Below are positions 20,701 through 34,008 of a stretch of 46,542 bases of DNA, in pieces. A model generated the notes under the pieces. That model saw only the letters and a program-made list of their open reading frames with translations. It was not told where the DNA came from and did no database searches. Source of the stretch: Catajapyx aquilonaris (Eukaryota). Position 1 is the first letter of the stretch. The number at the start of each line of letters is the position of its first letter. The stretch lies in NCBI GenBank assembly GCA_000934665.2, contig KZ538813.1, positions 1 through 46,542 on the forward strand, given 5' to 3'. Position numbers and translations under genes: made by a program.

Positions 20701-22905
20701 TTTGTTACAATCTGAAACCTTTTTTTCTTCAATTACAACGACAACCTTTATTTGGGAGGTAAATTATTGCCAATTAGCTGGTTTGAAATCCTGAAACGTG
20801 GTTAGGTCATCGGAATGAATGAGTCGTTTTTGCAAAAAAGGGGTTGGATTTTTTTGGGGGTGGTGGACCCCGGCGAGACCTTTTCCACCCCTCGGTATCA
20901 ATCCCTGTAATGAGACAATTAAAAACTCGTTAGCCGTGCGGATGAGTAGGGGTAATGAGCTTCATTTGCAAAACTGCGTGTTTCGGAGGCTTGGAAGGGG
21001 TCAGTTTGTAGATGGGTCTTGCCTTGACATATTCCCTAACCATCCCTAGAGAGTTCATAGTTTTAGGGCGGAGTTGGACATAGGTCGTTATGTGCCCTAC
21101 ATCTCTCTCTCTCTGTGTTTTTGAGGACTTGTTGATTTTCACGACTGCAATGGACAGGGGACCCCGCAATGCCCCTGGAGCTTGAAGTTTGTCCAAGGTG
21201 CACTTAGCCGGTTGACATCTGAATTTCCTGTCCGCAAATTGTCGCCTGGAGGGATGGAGAAGAGTGGTGCTGGGGTGCTGTAAGAGGCAAAAGCGGTTTA
21301 TGAGAGGTTTATTGCCAGCATTTTCAAACTTGTCATCAGCCATAAATTGATATTGACATCAGTGTAGTCAATTTTTATTTATTAAAATCTGTACGTCCAA
21401 CATCTAGCGGCGCATTCACATAAACTGAAATTGTCAATAACCACATCATTTATAATAAAATGTGCACTATAGGGTATGTCACCTAATCTTGAATTTAAAA
21501 AAAAAATCAGCGTACACATGCATCAGCAGATTTGTGTCATGTGTCTCTGTGGAACGTTATTTCATAACGTGACTGAATGCCCAAAAGGAATAAAATTAGG
21601 CAAAAATTACTGAAACATCACAAAACTGGGGTAACTGATTTACAAGAGAAATAATACAATTCGTCATAAATATTCATAACTTGAAGCAAATTATCACACC
21701 AGCCGTAATATTATTACAGTGGCAGGTTGGATGGAGGGATTTTCCAATATTTTCTACTCGTATTATTTTGGAGTATTTTATTCAGCAGGATGAATATTTT
21801 TTAATAAAGTGTGTAGAATGAGCTGGGATGGCCATTGTCGTCTGTTTAACAGCTCTAAAGCTACAAAACTAATACCCTGTAATATTCTTCATCCTGCACG
21901 CGATATGTTCCAGATTATCCCGGTGATTATGCATCTGCAGGACAATGAAATTTAACAGCATAATGGCTTTTGTGAATCCCGAAGCATACAGCACCACATC
22001 GTGTCATTTTATGCCAGTTGTTGTCGAATCCATTGTGTTAGATTTACACTGCCCCCCCGCCGGGTGTATAGAGAGAGCCCTGGCTTCCTTGTAAAATACT
22101 GCTTGAAGGCACAGTATATTCCATGCGTTCTATTGTGTACATGCCAACAACAGTTATTGTGTCAATGCTGCGCTCCGGAAAAGCAGATTGTATGCAGTGT
22201 TGAAGCAGGATTCATTGCTTTGCCTTCCAAAATTTATATAGTGTTGTATTATAGCCCTGGGCACTATAACGTTGCGAAGGTAAACATGTGATCCTGATCC
22301 ACCCTAGGATCCAGACGAATCCTGACACGACGCTTATGATCTCCCAAGATTTTTCTTAAGGGTTCTATACTTTTTTATCATCTTGGAACCACCCACCCAC
22401 CCACCCACTTCTTGGCTAAGCTAACATTGATCAGGGGTCGTGGGCCGAGGCCCCTCGGCTTCAGTTGGCTCGTGTTTAATGTTCTCCTGGGGCTCGTCAT
22501 GTCAACTCCAGCCTCTTCAAACGGCGGGTGCGGGACTCATTACATTCCGGGTTACGGAGTCGCGCTCAGCTTGGCTGTGTGGCAGCATGACAACCCGCAC
22601 GCCTACCAAATTGCTGCAAGCCCCCATGCAAATTAAGGGGGGAGAGAAGAGAGGTGGGTGGGAGGCTTTTTTATGTTGCAAAGACTCGAGCACACATACA
22701 GCAGGCTGGACTTGGCCGCACAGAATTTTTAAACCGCAGTGTTCATTCCCAGCACCAGCGTGGCTTGACCATACAACGCCTGGGAGTGTCTAGAGAAGGG
22801 AATGGATGAGGGAGAAAAAATACAGGTGTTGTTGAATAAACATACAGATTAATCATATTCATCAACTTCAAAATCTTTCTACTAATAGGCTTATTCTCTC
22901 CGTCG

Positions 22906-22988
22906 GATGTTTGTCCGACCTGATAGTATCGATACTTCTCGCACGACCTGAGGGTGGCAGGAGTGTACAGACAGGGTGCGCCATCTAT
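22906..22988 (+). repeat. Short dispersed repeat, homologous to 115-190
   Basis: Shares gatgtttgtccga.ctgatagta at the start and gtggcagg...gtgcgccatctat at the end. Confidence 0.8.
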
Positions 22989-23424
22989 GCGTGTAGAATA
23001 GTACTATGTGGTAAATCGGAGTGCCATCCCATTAAAATTGCTTGATTGTCACTCTCATGCTGATTATAGGTTTTGTTAACTTTCTTTTAGCAACTGATTA
23101 ACTACAGTATCATATATTACCCCTTCAGCATACACCATTCTTTTTCAGTCCAGTTATGATTCAAATAGATGGCCAAAATTTTTGTGCCGAATAGGTTTTT
23201 CGTGAATGTTCCAATAACCCGGAGGCAACTTGAAGTTCAATACGTTATTTCTTCCGAATTCTGAAGTATACATTACGCAAATTCTGCGCAAAAATGCAAC
23301 GACCATATTTCCCTGTGAATCGATAGGCAGTGATGAAACAGAAGAAGTAAAACACTCACATGCAACAGATGGATGTAACAAACTTCAAGAGACTGCTGAA
23401 ATCAGTCTACTATAACCAAGGTCT

Positions 23425-23463
23425 GTTATATAGCCTAGGCTGTTATATCCGGAGTCAACTGTA
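23425..23463. mobile_element. Possible single terminus of a Tc1/pogo-type MITE
   Basis: gttatatccggagtcaactg|ta, which reads TA|CAGTTGACTCCGGATATAAC on the - strand. The partner terminus is not convincing. Confidence 0.35.
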
Positions 23464-26400
23464 TAATATATTGACAAAATACTGATTATAATAGACTAAC
23501 AGTTGCGACAATTAGTGTACAGGCCTACTTGAATTTTTTGATAATATACTGTAAAATAGTAGCTTATAGTACAGATGTTATTGTTCAGTACTTTGATGGT
23601 AAAAAATAATGCGCCATAAAAATTATCGCGAATTACTTCCAATAAATGAACCGAACTTCCACATTCTGAGAATCATGCAAGTCATTACGCAAATGTGTTG
23701 TGTAAGTCGATAATTTTTTTACAGTACCGCGCACACTGCACTCCAAACATGCTGGTAGGGAACCTAGTAGTGCAGCATTTTAATTGTGCTTTCAGCCATG
23801 CTTTAAAGCGGATGGAAGCACTTTTCCTGAGCTCTTTCCGTCGCCATTTTTTTTTAAAAATTCCTAGGCGCTTATACTACATACAGTAACATGAACCCTG
23901 TTTTTCCCTCCCCGAAAAAGAGAGTGCGGGTCCAACCCCTGGCTATGAAAACCTGACCGATTTTTCACCAGCATGAAACTTGCGCAACTCGGTTCATGAA
24001 CCATGAACATCGTTTCATAGGTGGAAGCATTTGTATTCGGTTGCCTGCAGCCAACTGTACTGCACCTTTTTTATAAAAAAAATTTGTACTTTCCGGTGCT
24101 GGTAATCCCCTGAAGCTTGCAGTACTGGTATCAATTTACATCCTGTCGTATATACTTCCTGCTAACCAATAGAGGCACATAGGTTACCTACATGCCAGGA
24201 TATCATATTCTGTTTAGAAAATTAATTTTTGTAATTATTTTTTGTTATCGTACGTATAACAAGCTTTGATGCAATCTATAAAATGGACATATGCCGCTCA
24301 AATTCACGCCTCAAATTTTTATTTTTGAAATTTTCTCTCCTGCATTTCCCCCCCTGGCAGACTCAAAGGAAGCGCATAACACAAAAGGGTTTGAACTTGT
24401 TTCTTTGATCTCCATGCCTGTACATATACGCAAGTACTCTTTTTCCTGTGCATTTCAACGGGCTACTCACGTTTTTCCATCTTGAAACCGGAAAAAAAGC
24501 TGGACCAAAACGCTAATAAAAGGGGTGGGCCGCAAAGTGGAATTTGTTGCGGAAACCGGCAATAAAAAGCTGGTGGTGGTGTTGCTGGTGTGGAGAGGGG
24601 GTCGAATATTTTAATCATGAGAGCCGGGGCTAGAGTATGATAATTAACGGATCTGATAGCCGCTGCCTGGCGCATATGTTGTGTGAGAGCCCGCCCCCTC
24701 CCCCAAAAAAACCTGGATTTTTTTTCCCCACAGACTGATTGTGAATCCTAACGAGACCCAAACACATGTGTGTTTCGGTACAAAAATTTTTACATAGCTG
24801 ACAGTACCGGTAGTGACACATCCGCCTTGGCAATCAGCGTTACATATATCCCCCTTTTTTTTTACCGGAGCCGCTTATCTTGCCTGCAGTTATTGCTCGA
24901 TTGCCTACCCAGGCTGGAATTGTGCAGAAAAAAAAATCGGCGAAATAGGAAAGGATAATTTGCATCTCACTACTCGGAGCTATGCCGCAACAGTAGGGCC
25001 AGGGAACAGTGGCGCAAAAAAAAAGCGGAACAGAGATAAAATTAATTTCGGTGCGGAAATTCTCATGTACGTATGGTTAGACCAGGACTGCTAGAAATGT
25101 ACATTCCGGGTAACGTGGATGTGCAGAGAGAAAAAAAATTTGTTGGATGGGTGGATTTTGGATTCATTTCGTAATTAGGACGTTTGCATGCTCGTTTTCA
25201 GGGGGAGAAAAAAATCTACAAGCGTGGGCAAAGGTTTGGAAATATTTGGAAATTAATGACGGATTGTTGGATGGGCTGGTGGAAAATAAACACACATTTA
25301 TGCAATAATTATGATAATGTTGAAAATGTTGATATAATACCTGTAAGGCAAGTAAAAAGATTATTATTAATAATTTTATGCTCCTATATGCTCAGTGTTT
25401 GAAAGACCAGATAATTTTAATTATGAATGGAAGAGTATCCTCTAATTATTGGGCATAGAGATGGGTCTTTTCGTCCCACTGCTAGTTACTGCTAACTTAG
25501 CAGTATCTTGCAGTGTGATGAAAATGCGACCTATTCTTCACATATTGACACTAGTGAATGTGCAAGAGTTTGTTGCATATCATTTGAATTTCCAGTCTAA
25601 CCATGACCGCGTCTCGACCGCGTCCAGCCACTTTGCAATCGGCTTTTAATAAAGATGTGCCAGAGTTTCGCAGCTGCAACTACTGTCGTCGCAATTAAAG
25701 TGTGCCCCCCATATTGATCTGGTCCAACATCCTCCGATCCGACGACCAAAGTCAATTCCAAGTCCGTGAAATATATTCCCTTGCGAAGTTTAATAGCAGA
25801 CTGGAAGGTTAGTGTCCTTCTGGCCCTGGTCCAAGTGGAAGCAAAGGGCCTTTTTGCCCCGAAAAAAAAAGTACAGCGAAGGTATCTCCCAGCCAGGAGC
25901 AGCTAATGGTCGGGATCTCTTCTTTGGGAAAAAAATATATAGTGCAAGTTCTTCCTAGATCCTAGAGCCCGGTTGTTAACCTACTTGCCGAAACATTGGC
26001 TCAGATTAACCAGGCCCACACTTGTCAATTGAGGTTGGTACATTACTCCAAAAAAAGTGTACCATTACTCGAGAGGATTTTATTGCACACAATTATGAGG
26101 AATATTAACCAAGGTGAGACTAATAAATTGCACAGCTTTGGTGTTGTAATTGTTGCAGGAGTCGTTTCTAATGCACTCTTGAGGATGTTCATATGCTAAT
26201 TAATTGGAATTATAGTTGTGCGATTTAATCATAAAATGCGTGTACGTTAAGTAGTTTTTATGTTGTTAGAGCGCCAGTTCTTCTCGAGCGCTTTTTATGA
26301 GAAAAAAACGGGGGTGAAAAAAAATCTATTGTTTGGCGAGAAGCAAAAGGAGGAAACGAAGGTGTACGCCTAAGTCTCCAAAGACCTCTAAACTGCTCAA

Positions 26401-29400
26401 GTCCCTGAGTTTATGGAGACAAGGGTAATTCTAGAGTTTCTAGACCGACCACCGGTGCTCCTTTGTAATCTAGCTGTTGAGGACCCACGAAATCGAGAAA
26501 GATTTTTTTTTTGTGTGTGTGCCATTTCTCACCTCCGAATTTAATTTTTTTCGTATATATATAGGGTGTAAATTCATGGAAGTTCAATATTCTTGTTTGT
26601 AATGATCAGAGTCCTTTCAAACATTTTCGCAGCATATAGCAGCACCAGCTATTATTGAAATTCCTGGTAACCCACCCGACGAGTTCTGAAAATGACAAGA
26701 CTCTAACTAACCCTCCCCAATTTTGCCTCCAGAGAGATTGTATGTCTCCGGCTAAAATCCGCTTAGTCGAAATGAGTAATTTATCCCTTCTACTGCTGTC
26801 AGTGTTTTTTTTTGCTCAAAAAAAACGGGGTCTACTGCCGCTGCATAGTTTTTTTTGTCTAGCTCTATTTTAGCCGCCTGGAAAAAGCAGCATGAGGGCT
26901 CCCCCTGAAAAAGAAGCGTCCTCTGGAAAATGCAATTGAAAAGTGACGTGCGTGAGCTGGATCCATAAAGTTGTGAGAGGCGAAGAGTCGGACAGGAGCT
27001 GACGTGTGTTGTCCCCGGATATACACCATCCGGGTGGTGGTACCCGGATCCTGGAAAAAAAAACTTACATGAGAGAGAACTGAGCATGATTGGTGTCCCG
27101 CTGGGAGGAAAAGGGCTTGGCAGGTTTTGACCAGACTTTTCTCCGGGACTTGTCTCTTGCTTTTTTAGTTTAAAAAAAAAAAACATAAAATGAGCTGGCC
27201 GGAAAGAGCTGGCCGGATGGGCTAGTTCTCATGGAGACGGTTGGAATTTGGCACAAACCCTGGTTCAATCTCGGAAGGGGGGTATTAATCAAGGGAGGCA
27301 TAATTGCATACTTGCTGCTATTAGAGAGATTGGGGCAAGCAGTCGGACTGTCCTCGAAGGTATTTCTCCAGATTGGAGATGGAATGAACTTAATAGGCGG
27401 GCTTGATTACACAAATTCCGGATGATTAATCTCCGGTCAATTATTGAGGTCATATCCACAGGAGCAAAGTTGTCTCCCTCTGCTTTTCTGGACCACTTAA
27501 ATGTGAAACAGAGTGTCCCATTCGGAGGCACCAAAGCGGATTGGGGAAAGGCGAAATGGACGTCCAGTTTGAAAGGGGGGTGTGGTCCTTTCCCCTGTGG
27601 AAATTGCCAGCAAAGTGATGATCTCGCTCGATTAAATCCGCCACCTTTCCCTGTAAATTACGTCGCCATCGGATATTCCTCCTGACATGTTTATAAACTC
27701 TGGCTCCAGAACCAATCTCCGGGACTGGGGTTTTGGGGGGAGCTCTTGCTGGATTTTAGGGGCGGACATACAGTTCAAAGTCCCCTGGATGACCTCCCCC
27801 CCCCAAACTCTAGGTGGACATCGTCCTTTAACCCCTCTCTTTTTTTTCGGTGCTGTCTTACTTTTTGGGCGGGAATCGGATTTGTTTCGCTACCGTCCAG
27901 ATGAAACACTAGGAAGTATTGACTTTGGATTGAGCTGGGGCGAGAAGAAGATCCTTGCCATTCGTTTCGGGGCGAGGTTCTTACAAGAGGGGCCTTGCCA
28001 GACCCTAATGTGAGCCAACGGAAAAGCCTGGGCCCCCGCCGAAAAAAAAAAAACGAAAGAAAGAAATAAGAAAATGCCTGCCTCAGCACAGGCAATCCTA
28101 GTTCAGCCAACCTGACTTTTTGGGAGTCTGTCGTCGCCAAAAAAGCTGCCAATTTTTTTAAGGTTGTAAAACTTTAATTTTATCAGAAGCACTATTGGCA
28201 AACAAAAAAAATTAATGTCGAATAACTAGTGTAAAAAACAGGCTGACTGCGGCAAACCCAGATCAAAATTCCATTAGACCGGGGGATTTGACAGCATTTT
28301 TATGCGTTTCCCCTTCCCCCAGCGTTTGCCGAATTACAACCATCCACGGCTTCTATTTGCCAGTTGATAAGCTTTATGAGGACGCTTATCAGATGGAGTT
28401 CTTTGTGGGCTTCATCCTTGTTTGGGTTAATCATGAAGAAGTTAATGCCACGAATACGTCAGATAGTTGGTAATGGAAACTTTGTGCAAAAAAATTCTGG
28501 TGAATGTACGCTCCATACATTACCTCTTTGGCGTATAAATAGGCTGCATTAAAGGTGAACTCTCTCTCTGTGCAATGCAAAACTGTGAGTGCAGCTAATG
28601 CACGGCTCGTTGCACAAAAAAGTACGTATAATTACATTGCATTGCACAATGGAACTGAAGTGCGCAAATTTTAACTCTGGAACTGCTAATAACTCACCAG
28701 GAGCACATAATTTCAAAATTGAGTTATGTAATGAAATTAATTATTTTTGGATTACTTACATTAATTAGTGCTTTACAGTTGAATAATTAAAAAATCTCTG
28801 TAGAAGGAATCCTTCCAACATTTTTTTCTCATTTTTGTGTGTGTGCGTTTCAAGAGTTTGTATATATAGTCAGGAGGAATGGCCTCCACCCAAATTTCTG
28901 TCGGGTTGGATTCATCACGAGGCTTTGGAATAGTCACGTTCGGAACCGCCCATAAAGATTGACGGCAGAGGAATGAAGAATTCTCCAGTCTGCTCCATGC
29001 AATCCGGGCCCCTCCTGATGATCGGGAGCCTCTGGAATTAGAGCACTCTTGTGATGGAAGGAACCTCAGCTCCTCATTTATGCCAGCCTTCACTCCTTTT
29101 TTTTACCCACGTTTGAAGGAGAGCATTGATCTCATCAACACTACTTATGCAGTTTTTTTCCCCCCTTTCATTCAAAGCCCACTGTTGCAGAGATGACAAA
29201 AAAAGGCTGTGGTCATATAGAGCTGGTGGTGCTATAAGAAAGAAATATCTTCCAGTTTTTTTTTGTGTGGGTTCCCCCGTTGGTCATTTTTGCCTCGACG
29301 TCCCATTGTGTCACACTGTGCACTTTAATTCGTCAGCCGGAGCCCCCCGGAATCTGTTCATCGCGTTTCTTATCACGGTTTTCCCCCCCTCCGTGCTTCT

Positions 29401-32400
29401 TACTTATTCAGACAAATTCAGAGCAACGCTGACAAACCCCTCCCTTTCTCCTCCAAACCCTCCACCAATCCTCAAACTTTTTTTTCTTCATCCTTTTCTT
29501 GGCGAAGGGATGTCGTCTCTTCTGGAATTGTTTAAAAAAAAAGACGACTCCAAAAAAAAGAAGGGTTATGCGAATTACAAGAACGGCTGAGATATGCCTT
29601 GCCATTTTTTTGTTTAGAAATTTTGGCGAAATCTTGTTATCTTGCGGATACAGCATACATTTTGAGCTAAGGTTTTGAAACAAAAGGGCGCAAAAATTTT
29701 GACATTAAAAAAGCAACATTGCATGCTGTGTTTGTAGGCGAAATTATTCTGAAGAACATTGTTCATAACTTTTTGCGAAGTTTGAGCATCAGCATGCATG
29801 ACATCGCGTAGGAAAGTTGATAAGCCATTAAGCTTCCCTCTGAGCAGCATAAACTTTTCATTATTTTCCAATTTTTGTTCAGCTGCCTAAGTACACAAGG
29901 GGTGTAATAATGTCGTGTCCCAGTTGGCTATGACCCCACTTTGTGCATCAACCCCTGCAGCATATAGTGCTTGAAAATGCTTCTACAGTGTATTGCACGC
30001 CGTTAGTGTGGTACTTAAAGAAGATAACGACGTTAAATTTCTCGATACACTTTCTGGGCTCAAAACATTAAGAACTTTGGGTAGCGTAATGGTTTTCAGC
30101 CTTAGTAAAATGCAAGTATATATAGGGGGGGGGGGGGCAAGGCAGTAAGCAAGTTTCAGGAGAGAATAACAAGGCCTCCCCCTTATTGTTGCTGTGCTAT
30201 GTTCGGATCCTGCTGCACACTCTCAAGTTTCTCCCCCCATGCTGTCTAGACATTATGTGTGAGCTGGCAGTAATTTCAGACCATGGTAGTAATTTGCACG
30301 TATTGGAACCGCAAGCCTTTTAGTGCGCTGTAATTTTAGAGATGTGACCAGTAATCCAATGACTCACACTGTACTTGCAAAATGTGGGTCAACTTCAAAG
30401 AATGTACCTTCTGTGTGTTATGTGTGACATCACGAGGCTTTTTACGAGTTAGAAAGTACTAGTACGTGCCTTTCTTGTCCGTAAAATGAAAATCGGCATC
30501 TTTTTCCTCGCAAAAAAAAATCCCTTGGAATTGCAAACGAGCCATATCCGTGAAAGCATAAGCGAAGATTCTCAGAAAGGAAACGATGCTCGTGTTCGAG
30601 ACCTTCCTTATTCTTTTTTTTTTTACATATATATATTTTCAGCCAGCGTACCTTTGCCTCCTTCCTTTTTTTTCTCCTTGGCGCTATTATTGAGGGGTTT
30701 CATCTTGAAAAAAAAGAGGTGTCTGCAGTGCTACTGTAAGGTTCTGGGAATCCTCACCACTCTCTCCAGCAGCTTCTATAATGGCTCTACGTGGAGCTAT
30801 CGTCCTACCCCGTCTACTACATACCCAACATTTCTTTTCTTTTTTTGAAAAAAAGGGGGCCGACTCGATTGTCTCTTTTTGGAGGAGAAATGGAGCGTGG
30901 CTAGGGTTATTCCTGCTCAATTCCTCACCAGCAGCCGGATATTTCATTGCTTGTCTGTATATCACTCGGCCCCATCCCGCATTCGGCCCCCGCACATAAA
31001 TTTTAATTTGCTCCAGGCCTGCATTATGCATCTCTTTCTTCTTAAGGCTCCATTTTTTGAACTTTTTTTTGGGAGGTATCTGTTATACCTGAGAGATATG
31101 GCCCGATTCTAACTTCTGACTCACCCAGTAGATTGTGAGATCCAATCGACTGGTTGTTTTACGCAACATTTGCTCAAGTTATTGGCGTGAGACAAAACGA
31201 CAAGTTCCTCGCACGCCGGATGCAGCGTCTGAAAACTAAGTTTGGCTTTCTTCCCCCCACCCCCCCCCCCACCCCCCCAACCATTTTCGATATATCGATA
31301 AATCAATATTGCCGAGGATTCCATGTGTAAAATATATCGACAAAAAGTATTGTTAGCAGGCTTGATGATCATTCAAAAGTTGGAAAAACCAATTGTTTAG
31401 TTCCGAAAAAAATAATAATAGTCGCCGAGTTGTAAGCATGGCCACCTCCCAACTTCTGGAGTAATTACAGCAGTTCACTTATTAATAGACTTGCTGTAAT
31501 TAACTAGGTCTCCGCATGAGTTTGTGCAAGCAGATTTGTTGCTTTGTACATCTCAAGAGCGGGAAAGTTATTATGTGCAGTGAAATTGCCTCATAAATGA
31601 TTAGTCGTGATAGTCCTTTGCTGTTAGAAAAGCCTTGTGGGTTATGTTCATAGTAAATAATTATTTGGTACTGTACTTGATTATAGAGACATGCATATAT
31701 TTTTGTTTAATCTGCAACCTTCAATCTCAAAATATAAGTATGAGTGGTTGTCATCTCATGTTTTTTTTACTCAATATTCGAGCCATATATTGGCTAATTG
31801 ATTTTCTCCCCCTATAGAATTAATTCAACATATTTTTTTCCACAAAATCAGCTCAAACCTACATTTGAAATGTACTAATTTTTTAAAAAAAAAACCTAGC
31901 CTCTCACAGACACAGTCTGCTCTGAAAAATATTCACCCTTTTTTTCCACTGCTAATGTTCCAAGGTATATACCGAGCGATGCATGGATTAGCATTATCTG
32001 GTATCAGTAGTTGAATAATGGATGTGTGCTCTGGAGAAACTTTGTTATCATTGATCCTAGTTCATCTGGGGGATATTTCCTCCGGAAATTGCAATCAGCA
32101 TTAGCTTGAATGAAGTCGACTTTTTTTTAAAAAAAAGTGCTGTATTATTCCGGAGCAGTAATCAGAAACTAAGCAATGTAAAGGAGCTTTCATTATACAC
32201 TCTATTTTCCTGCAGATTATATTCGGACATATTAAAATAGTTTCAAGGCACCCCTCCCCCCCTCGTTTATTACAGTGTGATATTAAAAGTGCCTGAAGGG
32301 AATTTTAAAACACATTCCTATCTACTGGCTATTCAATTTTAGGCCCAATTTTGGAAGAAGAAAAAAACGGGGTTCTGAAAAGTTTAAAAACATGGGGGAA

Positions 32401-33954
32401 GGTTCATTTTAATCAGAAAAGTGAGCGGCTTTGGTTGGTCGTTGGCGAATTCGGCACACGTTCCCATATCGATCCCAATGTTGCGTTTTTGGCTCTTCCT
32501 CGAAAGGCGGGAAGCTATACATCAGATGATGCTCGGGCTCTCCAAGATTCTGCAAAAAAAAAAGTACGAAAAGTTGTGCGAGACAGAGAAAAGGAGAGAC
32601 TGTTTGTTGGGGATGGGAGGATGAGAGGGGGGGGGGACACACATCCATCGGACATTGCGGAAAGGAGAGAAGGGACCTAAGGATTTGATCTCTTTAAGTC
32701 TGAGTTTGATGCCGGTCCAAGATTGGCAAAAAGGTGACGCAGAGCGATGGAAATACGAGTTGCCGAAGGAAATGAGATTGGACTCAGGTCTTGAGGTGTC
32801 ACATCACCCCCCCTTTACCAAGAGGTTAGGATATATAAGAAAGAAAAAAAATAAGGTGGAAGAGGTAGAAAGAAAAAAAAAACGGACATTTCCTCTTATC
32901 GAGGTGGTATCAGTTTCAGAAAACATGGGAGGTTGCTGACCTGAAGGACCAACGGTGTAAACGAAAGAAAGAAAAAAAAAATTGTATTTCACTCGCGATT
33001 TCACTATAGGAAAAAAAATAAAGAAAAAGAGAGATAAAAGTCCACACAGTTTCAGGGTGCTGAAATACTGTACCGCTTGGAAGGTTTGGATAATTTCTTG
33101 CGTTGTGCAATGTATGCGAACGGGTTGTATTTCAAGTTGGGGAAATATTTATATATTTTTTAAGGCTGAAAGTGTGCGAGTCGGTGCACTGCGGACTGTG
33201 AGAATAATTTAATGGTCGACAAATTTTCCATACCGAATGCCAACAGAGTAGAACTGAAGGACAACAATGCAGAAATTCTGTTTGGTATTTTCCGAAATTA
33301 CTTTTAGTAGTTGACTTCGAATAGTACAGGCTGCACATGCATTTGATTTTAATACCGTTACGTAATAGATACCATTTCATATTTCATGCACAGTGGAGCA
33401 TAATCTGCAAATGTTTGATGTATCAATTACGTTCTAAAAGTATGGAAACGATGGTCACTTCATAATAAGCGGATTTTTTAACAAGCTCTGGCCCGCATGG
33501 AAAATGAGGCACTTACCGAGTTTTTAGCAGCATAAAATTGTAATGGAATTTTGTAACTTCACATCAACCGAAAATGGCATCGGTACTAATGCCTTTTACA
33601 ATTTGATGTATTTGTACTAGTCCAAATGCAATCCAAACATGAAGCTTCTTGTTGATTACTATGTGCTTTGCTAATGACTCCCTCAAACAACGGCGACGAG
33701 AATGTCTTGATTATTCTGTTGCAATCAGAATCGATGTTGCATTAACGTTATTTAAACTGGCCGCTAATGGCCATTGCACAACAGTTATGTATATACAGCA
33801 ATGTGAATCCTCTCTGGTAACTTTTGTGTGTCCTTTAATCTCTGGAAGGTTTTTGGTCATATAGAGCTGAGAATATTGCAATTTGTTTCCACGACGCAAC
33901 ACCTCTCCCAAGCCTTAAATATTCATTTTGAAAGTCGACTCCTCTCCTTATCGC

Positions 33955-34008
33955 CGCATAATGTGAAGCCAGCCTCACATTATGTGGACTTTATATAAGT
34001 CCACTAGT
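33955..34008 (+). mobile_element. Helitron-like 3' terminus (hairpins followed by CTAG|T)
   Basis: Stem cgcataatgtga (33955-33966) / tcacattatgtg (33975-33986), second stem gtggact / agtccac, then CTAG at 34004-34007 followed by T. Confidence 0.45.
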
